Shown piece by piece: positions 28,801 through 38,054 of a stretch of 64,000 nt of DNA (its first letter is position 1; each line of letters opens with the position of its first letter). The notes under the pieces were generated by a model. That model was given only the letters and a program-made list of their open reading frames with translations, did no database searches and had not been told where the DNA came from. The translations under genes and the position numbers were made by a program. This DNA is from Alphaproteobacteria bacterium (GTDB taxonomy: Bacteria; Pseudomonadota; Alphaproteobacteria; MPNO01). The DNA is taken from the NCBI GenBank assembly GCA_965248835.1, contig CBDFLJ010000001.1, forward strand, positions 1-64,000, read 5' to 3'.

Positions 28801-30054
28801 GTGGCGGGCGCGTCCTGGCTCGGCGGCATCGGCAGCGCTCTCGGTCACCGCGACTACCGCCTCTATTTGCTGGGCGCGTGGGCGTCCTTTGTGGGCATCT
28901 CGATCTACCACCTCGCGCTCGGCTGGTACGTCTGGGAGCTGACCGCCTCGTCGGCCTGGCTCATGAACGTCGTCCTCTGCGAGGTGGTGACGATCGTCGC
29001 GCTGGTGCCGTTCACCGGCGCGGCGGCCGACCGGTTCGGCGCCCACCGGATCCTCGGGACGAGCCAGATCTCGGGCGCGGCGGTGATGGCGGCGCTGGCG
29101 CTGTTGGCCGCGCTGGACGCGATGACGATCGAGCTGCTGCTGGCGCTGGTCGTCCTCAACGGGGTCAACATGGCGCTGATGCAGCCGGCCTATTGCGCCC
29201 TGGTTGCCAACCTGGTGCCGCGCAAAGACCTCGCCCCGGCGATCGCACTGCAAGCGCTGATAGTCCCGACTGCCGGCGGCATCGGTATCGCGCTCGCCGG
29301 CGGACTCCTGGTCTGGCAGGGCGTGGCGGCGGGCTTCGCGGTCAACGCTGTATTCTATCTGGCGATGGTGGCGGCCCTGCTGGCGATCTCCTATCGAGAC
29401 CCTGAAAGGGCGGCCGGGCCGTCCGGAGGCCTGTTCGGCGAAGTGGCGCAGGGGCTTCGCTACATGGTGGGGCAGGAGACGATCCGCACGCTGTTGCTGA
29501 TGACGGTCACCTTCTCGATCGTGCTGCAGCCGGTCGTCGAGCTTCCGCCAGATTTGGCTTCAGACCCCTTCGGGCGGGGCGCGGACGGGCGCAACATCCT
29601 CCTGTTGGCGGCCGGGGCCGGGGCGCTCGTCGGCTTGCTCTGGCTCGCCCGCCGCGGCAAGACGCGGGGCCTCACCCGGCTGTTCGGCGCGACCGGCGTC
29701 GCCTGCGGCATCGCGCTCGCCGGCTTCGCCTCGACCGATGCGTTCTGGCTCGGCGTCGCCCTGATGGCGGTCTGCGGGCTGTTGGTGAGCGCGAATTGGG
29801 CCATCGGCCTGATTCTGATCCAGAACTGCGTCGACCCCGCGATGAGGGCGCGGGTGATGAGCCTCGTCGTCCTCACCCTTCGCGCGGTGCCGGCGGCGAG
29901 CGCGGCGCTGTTGGGCTGGCTGGCCGCGCTGTTCGGGCTAGCGCCCCCGATCGTGGTGGCGGCCTGCCTCGGCGCCCTCGTCGGGCTGTGGGCGCTCAAC
30001 CTGATCCGCACCGCCCGCCTCGACGAACGCGCCGAGGGCCCGCCCGCGGGTTAG
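28801..30054 (+). CDS. MFS transporter
   Basis: About 12 TM helices, GAAADRFGAHR motif A, VDPAMRARVMS. Confidence 0.92.
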   Translation: MAGASWLGGIGSALGHRDYRLYLLGAWASFVGISIYHLALGWYVWELTASSAWLMNVVLCEVVTIVALVPFTGAAADRFGAHRILGTSQISGAAVMAALALLAALDAMTIELLLALVVLNGVNMALMQPAYCALVANLVPRKDLAPAIALQALIVPTAGGIGIALAGGLLVWQGVAAGFAVNAVFYLAMVAALLAISYRDPERAAGPSGGLFGEVAQGLRYMVGQETIRTLLLMTVTFSIVLQPVVELPPDLASDPFGRGADGRNILLLAAGAGALVGLLWLARRGKTRGLTRLFGATGVACGIALAGFASTDAFWLGVALMAVCGLLVSANWAIGLILIQNCVDPAMRARVMSLVVLTLRAVPAASAALLGWLAALFGLAPPIVVAACLGALVGLWALNLIRTARLDERAEGPPAG

Positions 30055-30087
30055 GGGCGAGGACGGGAGCACGGGCCGGGCGTGCGT

Positions 30088-30202
30088 CCCTCGATACGGT
30101 CCCCTTCGACAAGCTCAGGGCAGGCTCTTCGGGACCTGCCCGGGATGAGGAATCCCTTCAAATTCCCCTCACCCTGAGTAGCCGCGAAGCGGCGTATCGA
30201 AG
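30088..30202. repeat. REP/RIME-like inverted dimer with a nested 24-nt insert
   Basis: Left arm (rc) CCTCATCCCGGGCA-GGTCCC-GAA-GGGACC-GTATCGAGGG; right arm CCTCACCCTGAGTA-GCCGC-GAA-GCGGC-GTATCGAAG; insert CTTCGACAAGCTCAGGGCAGGCTC at 30104-30127. Confidence 0.75.
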
Positions 30203-30380
30203 TTCCAGATACATCATCGCCTGGAAGCTGTGCACGACCATGACGGCGGCTGATGTGACCGAGACGCTCAAGCTGGCGCTCGATGCGTCGGGATGCAACG
30301 GCGCCAAGGTCGCCCACAAACCGAGGCTACTCAGCGACAACGGGTCGTCCTACATCTCCGGCGATCTGGCCGATTGGCTT
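30203..30380 (+). pseudogene. IS3-like DDE transposase fragment
   Basis: SRYIIAWKLCTTM...KPRLLSDNGSSYISGDLADWL (rve core). Confidence 0.8.
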
Positions 30381-30397
30381 TTAGACCGTTCCCGATG

Positions 30398-30555
30398 ATT
30401 GCCGAGCGCACTATGCGGCATGATGGTGTTGTCGTGACGCTGCCATCGTTCGATCAGCACCTGGGCCTCACGCAGCAAGTAGAAGAACTCCCCGTTCAGC
30501 CGCTTGTCCCGGAGCTTGCCATAGAAGGATTCGTTGTAGCCGTTTTCCCACCGCA
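30398..30555 (-). pseudogene. IS3-family transposase C-terminal fragment
   Basis: WENGYNESFYGKLRD..LNGEFFY.LREAQVLIERW..PHSALG. Confidence 0.8.
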
Positions 30556-30569
30556 ATCCCGCGCGCGGA

Positions 30570-30665
30570 GGCGGCGCTGCGCCTTCCAGGCAATCGCGCG
30601 CACCTGCTCGGGAAGCGCCTGGTTGCGCGCGAGGAACGCACGGCCGACGCGGGCGGCAAGGGCGC
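30570..30665 (-). pseudogene. IS110-family transposase fragment
   Basis: ARVGRAFLARNQALPEQVRAIAWKAQRRL resembles the IS110 'IAWKAQxRL' segment. Confidence 0.6.
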
Positions 30666-30959
30666 TCACATCCTCCCCAAGGCCGCACCACCTCGCCGAC
30701 GACATGCACGCCCTCGGCGAGGCAGGTGCAGATTGCCTCGGCAAAATCACCATACGTTGCCGTGCACGCTTCCACGCAGTTCGGCTTATCCGCCTTCGAA
30801 AGGGTTCAGCAGATCCACGCCGAGGCCCGGAAATCCCGAACGTTCCTGGCCGCCGTCCTCGGCCGGCGCAGTCTCGCTGTCGCAACCACCATCGCATCAT
30901 CCGACACGGCCGGTCGGGTGATGCGCTGGGCCAGAAGACCCGACCGTCGAAAAGCCGCG

Positions 30960-32225
30960 TCAACTGGAGTCCTTGAGTCTGATCAGTGCGTGACGCTTCT
31001 TTCCGATCGAGAGCTTGATGATGCCCTCGCTGCCGATATCCTCGAGCGTGAAGCACATCGTCTCGTCCATCACCAGCGTGTCGTTTACGCGCAGCGCGTT
31101 CCCCCGTACATGCCGCCGTGCCTCGCTGTTGCTGGCGGCAAGTCCGGTCCGGACCACCGCCGTGAGCAGACCGAGCCCGCCCTCGAGCTCCGTCTCGGTC
31201 ACTTCTATGGACGGCAGGGCGTCTCCCAAGGCGCCCCCGTCGAAGGTCTTTCGAGCCGTCTCGGCGGCTTCATCCGCCAGGGCGCTACCATGCAGCAGTG
31301 CCGTGGCCTCATTCGCGAGAACCCTCTTGGCTTCGTTGATCTCTGCCCCCTGAAGCGCCTCGAGCCGGGCGATCTCATCGAGCGGCAGTGTAGTGAAGAG
31401 CTTCAGGAAACGGCCGACATCGGTATCGCCGGTATTCCGCCAGAACTGCCAGTACGCATACGGGCTGACGATTCCCGCATCCAGCCAAACGGCGCCTGCG
31501 GCCGTCTTGCCCATCTTGGCACCCGAGGCAGTGGTGATCAGGTGCGTGGTCAGGGCGAACACTTCAAAGCCGCTGATCCGCCTCACCAGATCGATGCCCG
31601 AGACCATGTTGCCCCACTGGTCCGATCCGCCGATCTGGAGCCGGCACGCATACCTGTTCCATAGCGCGAGGAAATCGTAGGCCTGCAGCGCCATGTAATT
31701 GAATTCGAGCAGCGAGAGGTGCTGCTCCCGTTTCAGGCGGAGCCGGACGGAGTCCCGCTGTATCATTTGGCTGACCGAGAAATGCTGTCCGACGTCGCGT
31801 AGAAAGTCGATGTATTTGAGGTCTAGCAGCCATTCGGCGTTGTTTACCATCACCGCACCGTTCGGCCCGTCGCCGAACGCCAAGAAGCGGCCGAATGTCT
31901 TCGATATGCGTTCGATATTGCTGTCGATCTCGGCCGGGTCGAGCAGTTTGCGGGACTCGTCCTTACCGGACGGATCGCCGATCCGGGTGGTGCCTCCGCC
32001 TATCAGAACGATCGGCGCATGTCCGGTCTGCTGCAACCAATACAGCGACATGATGCCGACCAGGTGGCCGACATGCATGCTCGGCGCCGTCGCATCCACG
32101 CCGTGATAGCTTGCAACGGGACCGTTCTGGAGCAGCGCGTCCAAGCGCTCCGGCGATGAGGTTTGATGCAGAAAACCACGCTCGTCCAGAATGCGCAAAA
32201 AGTCCGACTTGAATTTATTCCGCAT
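30960..32225 (-). CDS. tyrS: Tyrosine--tRNA ligase
   Basis: HVGH (HIGH), IGDPSGK, FNYMALQAYDF, GGSDQWGN, KMGKT (KMSKS), C-terminal S4 domain ..LSIGKKRH. Confidence 0.96.
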   Translation of the reverse strand: MRNKFKSDFLRILDERGFLHQTSSPERLDALLQNGPVASYHGVDATAPSMHVGHLVGIMSLYWLQQTGHAPIVLIGGGTTRIGDPSGKDESRKLLDPAEIDSNIERISKTFGRFLAFGDGPNGAVMVNNAEWLLDLKYIDFLRDVGQHFSVSQMIQRDSVRLRLKREQHLSLLEFNYMALQAYDFLALWNRYACRLQIGGSDQWGNMVSGIDLVRRISGFEVFALTTHLITTASGAKMGKTAAGAVWLDAGIVSPYAYWQFWRNTGDTDVGRFLKLFTTLPLDEIARLEALQGAEINEAKRVLANEATALLHGSALADEAAETARKTFDGGALGDALPSIEVTETELEGGLGLLTAVVRTGLAASNSEARRHVRGNALRVNDTLVMDETMCFTLEDIGSEGIIKLSIGKKRHALIRLKDSS

Positions 32226-32426
32226 ATCTCGCTCGACGCATTTTCAGGGGTCGGCCATCAACCGGTCGAGTCACGAATCGGCGTTGATGTCCGACTCGTT
32301 GCAGAGATCGCTCAGGCCCTGCACCAGTAAACCCACCTGATATTGAAGAAATTCGGGTCTTTTCTCGTCTCGTCTCTGTTCAAACGCCATGTGTAGTCTG
32401 CGGCATCCTTTCTGTCGAGCGTTGCG

Positions 32427-32843
32427 ATGACCGTGTTGAGCGCATCCATTGTCGGTCTCTGTGCCGCGGATCATGGAAACGAACCGGAAATTGTCGCGCG
32501 ATGGCTCGCGAACAAAACGCCGCGCGATGTCCGCACGTGAATCGAGGCGCCCGGGCGTGTAATCGTCGCGGAGGAGTACGGACGGATCGTCGGCGTGGGC
32601 GCGGCAGTGGCTTCCGGCAAGATCACCCTGAACTACGTGCTGCCGGAGGCGCGCTTTCGTGGCGTGAGCAAGGCGGTGTTGAGCGCCTTGGAGGCGTATC
32701 TCCGCGCGGAGGGGCACGTGCGCAGCACACTCTCCAGCACGCGCACCGCTCATCGGTTCTATCGTGAGGCGGGATACGTCGGCGCGGGTGAGCCGCAGAG
32801 TTGGTGCGGGCTCACCGCATTTCCGATGATCAAGGATTTCTAG
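32427..32843 (+). pseudogene. GNAT acetyltransferase with an internal nonsense codon
   Basis: Single frame: SIVGLCAADH...WLANKTP..VRT*IEAPG...LNYVLPEARFRGVSK...STRTAHRFY; TGA at 32538-32540. Confidence 0.75.
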
Positions 32844-33053
32844 ACGGCAGGCGCTGGCGGGTTCAACGTCGCCGGCGGCGAACCTGGTGCGCCGACCAAC
32901 CTACGTGCGGGGATCGTCCGTCGCTGCGGCGCGCCAGCTTGCCCTGTGCGCAGGGTTGCGCCAACTTGGCGGGAGACGGGACGCGGATCGAGGCGAGAAC
33001 GATCCGGGGTTCTTCTTTCAAGGAGACAGCCGCCCGATGACGGGACGCGGCGT

Positions 33054-34040
33054 ATGACGGCGCGGACCATGGTCGTCCTTGCAGTGATGCTGGCGCTTGG
33101 CACGGCGGCGGCGAAAGCCGAAGGCGTGGGGTTCCGAGACGTTGCGGTCGAGATTGACGGTGAGAGGCTGGTCGCCGCGCTCTGGTATCCGACCGACGCA
33201 CCGTCCGGCCGGACGATTATCGGCCCTTTCGCCATGACGGCGACCCGAGACGCGCCCGTCAGCGCCGGACAATACGGCCTGGTGCTGATATCGCATGGGA
33301 CCGGCGGGGGCCGCCTCAATCACCGCGGCACGGCGATCCGGCTTGTCGAGGGCGGCTACATCGTGGCGGCGCCGGAGCATGGCGGCGACAATTGGCGCGA
33401 CGACAGGCATAGCGGCGCAGCGGCCAATTGGCGCCGGCGTCCCCGCCAACTGAGCGCGACCCTGGATCGGCTTCTCGGCGACCCGGAGTTCGGCCGACGT
33501 ATCGACCCGAAGCGCATCGGGGCCATCGGTCACTCGGCCGGCGGCTACAGCGTGCTCGCGCTGATCGGCGGCCGGGCGGACATGTCCGTCCTTGCGCGCC
33601 ATTGCACGCGGCAGCGGAAGAAGGACCCCGTGTTCTGCGGCTATGGCCGGCCCGACGGGCGCGCAGATGGCGCGATGCCCGACCTCTCCGACCGGCGGGT
33701 GGGCGCCGTCGTGGCGGTCGCGCCGGTCGGCGCGGTCTTCGGCGAGGGCGCTTTCGCGGGTGTCGAGGCGCCGGCGCAGATCCATCGCCTCGAAGCCGAC
33801 CGCGTGTTGCGCCGACCCTGGCACGAGGACAACATCATCAAACTGATGGGAGACAAGGCGCGCCTCGTCGTGCACCCGAAGGCCCATCACTTCGCTTTCC
33901 TCTCGCCCTTCCCGGCTGCTCTGATCGATGAAATCGGCGCACCGGCGCGCGATCCCGCAGGCTTTGACCGCCGTGTGTTTCTCGCCGCGATAGACCGGCG
34001 GATTCTACGTTTCCTGGACGACGCTCTATCGGCGCCCTGA
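33054..34040 (+). CDS. Secreted alpha/beta hydrolase (dienelactone hydrolase/PAF-AH-like)
   Basis: Signal peptide, LWYP, ISHGTGG, GHSAGG, HHFAFLSP. Confidence 0.85.
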   Translation: MTARTMVVLAVMLALGTAAAKAEGVGFRDVAVEIDGERLVAALWYPTDAPSGRTIIGPFAMTATRDAPVSAGQYGLVLISHGTGGGRLNHRGTAIRLVEGGYIVAAPEHGGDNWRDDRHSGAAANWRRRPRQLSATLDRLLGDPEFGRRIDPKRIGAIGHSAGGYSVLALIGGRADMSVLARHCTRQRKKDPVFCGYGRPDGRADGAMPDLSDRRVGAVVAVAPVGAVFGEGAFAGVEAPAQIHRLEADRVLRRPWHEDNIIKLMGDKARLVVHPKAHHFAFLSPFPAALIDEIGAPARDPAGFDRRVFLAAIDRRILRFLDDALSAP

Positions 34041-34226
34041 GGGCCTATTCCGCCGGGGCTGCGGAGCGGTCCACCGGGAGCCCGCGGCAGGAACACGCGT
34101 CAGCGTCCCGGGAAGCGGTGCAGCGAGGCGGTCGCGCGGGGCCGCCCGTATCGGGGAACCAGGCACCGACCGGTTGTCCGGCGCGAGTCTCGTCATGCGG
34201 CGCGCTGTCTCCGCGCCGCGCGCCCG

Positions 34227-35408
34227 CTATCCGGTCTGCAGCAGCGAGTAGCGCTCGTCGGCGGCCAGGCATTCGGCCTCGGGAAGGCCGAGCTCCTTGC
34301 GCACGATATTGGTCCCCAACACCAGCGAGACCGTCTTGTAGCGGGCATGGCGCCGGCTCATGCCTTCGCGCCCCATGCCGCAGTCCGAGCACAGGATCAG
34401 CCGTTCGGCGGGCACGTGCTTGAGCGCCTCGCGGATGTTCGCGGCGATCTCCTCGGGACGCTCCACTTGCAACGTATGGTGGTCGATCATGCCGATGGCC
34501 ACCTTCTTGTCGGTGATCACCTCGCCGATCGCCTTGAGATCGATATGGCCCGAGCTGCAGGACTCGAAAGTGATCACGTCGGCATCGACCTGATTGAGGT
34601 ATTCGAGCGTCGGGGCGTAGCTCTGCACCTCGACGAACATGCGCTGCTGCGAGGGATTGCCCCAGCAGGTGTGGCACCAGACCTCCGTCTTGTCGCGCAG
34701 CCCCTTGACCGTGTTGTCGAAGACGTCGACCAGCGCCCGGGCATCGAGCTTGCCGAAGGCCGGCCCGCGCACCGGCGTCATGTGGATCTGCGGCTCCTCG
34801 AGCTGGATGACCGGACAGCCGGCATCGGCGAGCGCGTCGAGCTCGGCGTTCAGCGCCGCGCTCAGCGCCATGACCCGCTCGACCGGATCCTTGTAGAACC
34901 TGTCCTCGACCGCGGCCGCCAGGATCTCGGGCACGATGGTGCCGAACTTCACCGGCTTGCCGGTCATCCGCTGGGCGGTCTTCCACATCGCGGTGTATTG
35001 CAGGTCGCCGGGCCCGACGGCTCCGACGATCGCCGGCATCACCCGGGCTTCGAGGTAGTCGTGGAGGATGTGGCCGCGCGGGAAGCCGACCCCGCCCATG
35101 CGGTAGACCGCGGCCTCCGGCGCGGCCCTGTCGAAGCCGGCCATGTGGTAGGGCGGGTAGCTGGTCCAGCTCTGACCGCCGACTTCGTTGTCGTAATGGG
35201 CGTCGCCGTCGGTGAGGATGTCGAGCCCGGCGGTCTCCTGGTCGTTGACATAGACCGCCACCGTATCGGTGTATTGCTCGCGGAACCGTGCATCGACCAT
35301 GGCGTGGAGGAACGACCGGGGCCCGAGGTTCTCGGTATACCAGCTCGGCCGCGGCAGCGAGCCGATCAGCGCGGTTGGCAGCACGGCATCGGCGGTGGCG
35401 CGGTACAT
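34227..35408 (-). CDS. Cobalamin-independent methionine synthase II family (single-barrel MetE-like Zn alkyltransferase)
   Basis: IGSLPRP, DILTDGD, IQLEEP, Zn ligands HTCWGN and SDCG; about half the length of MetE. Confidence 0.88.
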   Translation of the reverse strand: MYRATADAVLPTALIGSLPRPSWYTENLGPRSFLHAMVDARFREQYTDTVAVYVNDQETAGLDILTDGDAHYDNEVGGQSWTSYPPYHMAGFDRAAPEAAVYRMGGVGFPRGHILHDYLEARVMPAIVGAVGPGDLQYTAMWKTAQRMTGKPVKFGTIVPEILAAAVEDRFYKDPVERVMALSAALNAELDALADAGCPVIQLEEPQIHMTPVRGPAFGKLDARALVDVFDNTVKGLRDKTEVWCHTCWGNPSQQRMFVEVQSYAPTLEYLNQVDADVITFESCSSGHIDLKAIGEVITDKKVAIGMIDHHTLQVERPEEIAANIREALKHVPAERLILCSDCGMGREGMSRRHARYKTVSLVLGTNIVRKELGLPEAECLAADERYSLLQTG

Positions 35409-35603
35409 GGCGAAGGCCCTTCGGTTACGGGATTCCAGCCGCCTGCTCGACGGCAAATGGAATCCTTGGTCACGCCGGCACGTCGAGGCAAGCGAAATCC
35501 GCGCGCGGGCGGCCGGGCGGTCCGCAACCCTCCATTGAGCGATCGTAGCGGCTCGGCTACAAGGACGAGATAGCGACATGTCGCATCGAGCGGTGGGACG
35601 GGG

Positions 35604-36365
35604 ATGGCATCGGTAAGACCCGCGGCGCTGGTGACCGGCTCGGCGACCGGGATAGGCCGGGCAGAGGCGATCGCGCTCGCCGGCGCCGGCTATGATGTCG
35701 TCGTCAACTACAGCCGCAGCGAGACCGCAGCGCGCGAGACCGCTTCGGCCTGCGAGGCCGCCGGCGCCCGTACCTTGGTCGTCGCCTGCGACGTTGCCGA
35801 CAACGCAGCGGTCGCGGCGATGGTCGAGGAGACGCACAAGGCGTTCGGCCGGCTCGACGTGCTGTGCAACAACGCCGGCATCACGTCCAGGACCGCATTC
35901 AAAGACCTCGACAGCATGGATTGGGCCGATTGGGACCGCGTGTTCTCGGTCAACGTGCGCGGCCTCGTCCAGGTAAGCCGCGCCTGCGTGCCGATGTTGC
36001 GCGCGGCCAGGGGGACGATCGTCAACACCGCGAGCATCGTGGGCCTCAGGCCCGGGCCGCAGCCGCTCGCCTATTCCGCGTCCAAGGCGAGCGTGGTCTC
36101 GCTGACCAGGACGCTGGCTTTGGCGCTCGGCCCCGACATCCGGGTCAACGCGGTCGCGCCGGGCTGGATGGAAGGCGATTGGATGGCACGCATGCTGGGC
36201 GAAAACTACGACCGGCTGATGGAGCGCCGGTCCCGGATGACGCCGCTCCAGCGCTGTGTGACCGCCGAGGATGTCGCCGAGACGATGCTCTCGCTCGTCC
36301 AGGCGAACCGTTTCGTCACCGGCGAGATCGTCGTCGTCGACGGCGGGTTCGCCGCATCGACCTGA
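35604..36365 (+). CDS. Short-chain dehydrogenase/reductase
   Basis: TGSATGIG, NNAG, YSASK, VNAVAPG. Confidence 0.93.
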   Translation: MASVRPAALVTGSATGIGRAEAIALAGAGYDVVVNYSRSETAARETASACEAAGARTLVVACDVADNAAVAAMVEETHKAFGRLDVLCNNAGITSRTAFKDLDSMDWADWDRVFSVNVRGLVQVSRACVPMLRAARGTIVNTASIVGLRPGPQPLAYSASKASVVSLTRTLALALGPDIRVNAVAPGWMEGDWMARMLGENYDRLMERRSRMTPLQRCVTAEDVAETMLSLVQANRFVTGEIVVVDGGFAAST

Positions 36366-36391
36366 ACGCAGCGAGCAAAGGGAGGACCGGC

Positions 36392-38038
36392 ATGCTCGAA
36401 GGCGTTGTCCCGTTTCCGCCGGATTTCGCAGCCCGATACCGCGAGAAAGGCTATTGGGACGACCGGTCGTTGCGCGATCAATTCAAGGACGTCTTCGCCC
36501 GTCACGCCGAGCGCGTCGCGGTGATCGACGGCGATGTGATCGCAACCTATCGCGACCTCGACGAGCGGTCGCAGCGTCTCGCGCTCAACCTGCTCGACCT
36601 CGGGATCCGGCCGCTCGACCGCGTGGTGGTGCTGCTGCCGAACGTGATCGAGTTCGTCTATCTCTACTTCGCGCTGCAGAAGATCGGCGCCATCCCGATC
36701 TGCGCGCTGGCTGCGCACCGGTATCTGGAGGTCAACCAGTTCACCGCGATCGCACAGGCCAGGGCTTGCGTCGCGCCGGACCGGTTGGGCGATTTCGCGT
36801 TCGCACCGATGATCGAACGTGTGGCGGCCGGCAACGACTGTCTCGCCCACCGCATCATCCTGGGCGAGGCCCCCGCCGGCTGCCATTCGCTGCGCGACCT
36901 CCTTGACAGGACGCCGAAGAGCACGGCGGCGGATCTCGAGGCGATCGCGATCGACCCCACCGATCCGGCCGTCTTTCAGCTTTCGGGCGGGACCACCGGG
37001 GTGCCGAAGCTCATCCCGCGGACCCACAACGACTATTTCTGCAACTCGCGGCTCGCGGTCTCGGTGACCGAGGTGGGTCCGCAGAGCTGTCTGCTGCTGG
37101 TGCTGCCGATCGGCCACAACCTGCCGCTCGCCTGCCCCGGGCTGCAGGGTTTCCTGATCCAGGGCGGGCGCGTGGTGCTGTCGACCTCGCCGCGCGCGCC
37201 GGACGTCTTCCGGCTGGTGGAGGCGCACAAGGTCAGCCACATCCACTGCGTGCCCGCGCTCCTGATCCGCTGGATCAACGACCCCGGCATCGGCGACTAC
37301 GACCTGTCCTCGCTGCGCATGATCCAGTCCGGCGGCCAGCGGCTCCAGCCCGAGGTCAGGCTGCGCACCAGGGAGCTGATCCCGAGCGTGTTCGTCCAGG
37401 AGAACTTCGGCATGTCCGAAGGCACGATCATGTTCGTGCGCCGCGGCGATCCTCCGGATGTCCAACTCGAGACCGTCGGCCGGCCGGTCTGCCCCGACGA
37501 CGAGGTGCGGCTGATCGACGATGACGGCAACGAGGTGCCGTTCGGCGAGGTCGGCGAGCTCTGCGTGCGCGGCCCCTACACACTGCGCGGCTATTACGGC
37601 GTGCCGGAGCACAACGCGATGGCGTTCACCGCCGATGGGTTCTACTGCTCCGGCGATCTGATGCGCCAGCACCGGTCGGGCAACTACATGGTCGAGGGCC
37701 GCAAGAAGGACGTCATCAACCGCGGCGGCGAGAAGATCTCCGCCGAGGAGATCGAGAACCTGATCCTCCAGCATCCCGGCGTCCAGAACGTCGCCTGCGT
37801 CGCGATGCCCGACCCGGTCCTGGGCGAGCGCATGTGCGCCTGCGTGATCCCGCGCGCGGGGATGGACGTGGCGTTCGATGACCTGCTCGCCTTCCTGAGC
37901 GCGAAGGAGTTCGCCAAGCACAAGCTCCCCGAACGGCTCGAACTGATGGACGATTTCCCGCTGTCGAATTTCGGCAAGGTGTCCAAGAAGGCCCTGGTGG
38001 AGATGGTAAGCGGCAAGCTCCGGGCCGAGGCGGGATAG
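36392..38038 (+). CDS. Aryl-acid AMP/CoA ligase (EntE/DhbE/salicylate ligase-like)
   Basis: QLSGGTTGVPKLIPRTHNDY, FGMSEG, GFYCSGD, INRGGEKI, GKVSK; GGAGG RBS. Confidence 0.9.
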   Translation: MLEGVVPFPPDFAARYREKGYWDDRSLRDQFKDVFARHAERVAVIDGDVIATYRDLDERSQRLALNLLDLGIRPLDRVVVLLPNVIEFVYLYFALQKIGAIPICALAAHRYLEVNQFTAIAQARACVAPDRLGDFAFAPMIERVAAGNDCLAHRIILGEAPAGCHSLRDLLDRTPKSTAADLEAIAIDPTDPAVFQLSGGTTGVPKLIPRTHNDYFCNSRLAVSVTEVGPQSCLLLVLPIGHNLPLACPGLQGFLIQGGRVVLSTSPRAPDVFRLVEAHKVSHIHCVPALLIRWINDPGIGDYDLSSLRMIQSGGQRLQPEVRLRTRELIPSVFVQENFGMSEGTIMFVRRGDPPDVQLETVGRPVCPDDEVRLIDDDGNEVPFGEVGELCVRGPYTLRGYYGVPEHNAMAFTADGFYCSGDLMRQHRSGNYMVEGRKKDVINRGGEKISAEEIENLILQHPGVQNVACVAMPDPVLGERMCACVIPRAGMDVAFDDLLAFLSAKEFAKHKLPERLELMDDFPLSNFGKVSKKALVEMVSGKLRAEAG

Positions 38039-38054
38039 AAGGGGCCGGGACGCG

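Noticed and set aside
32538-32540. In-frame TGA as selenocysteine
   Set aside because: The context fits Trp in a GNAT rather than a catalytic Cys, and no convincing SECIS is present.
35409-35603. Cobalamin or SAM riboswitch upstream of the MetE-like gene (also checked before sahR)
   Set aside because: No B12-box or SAM-II/SAM-alpha consensus recognisable.
36392-38038. Siderophore (enterobactin-type) biosynthesis
   Set aside because: No entC/entB carrier, NRPS or TonB-dependent receptor nearby; the isochorismatase-family gene at 45.4 kb is amidase-like.
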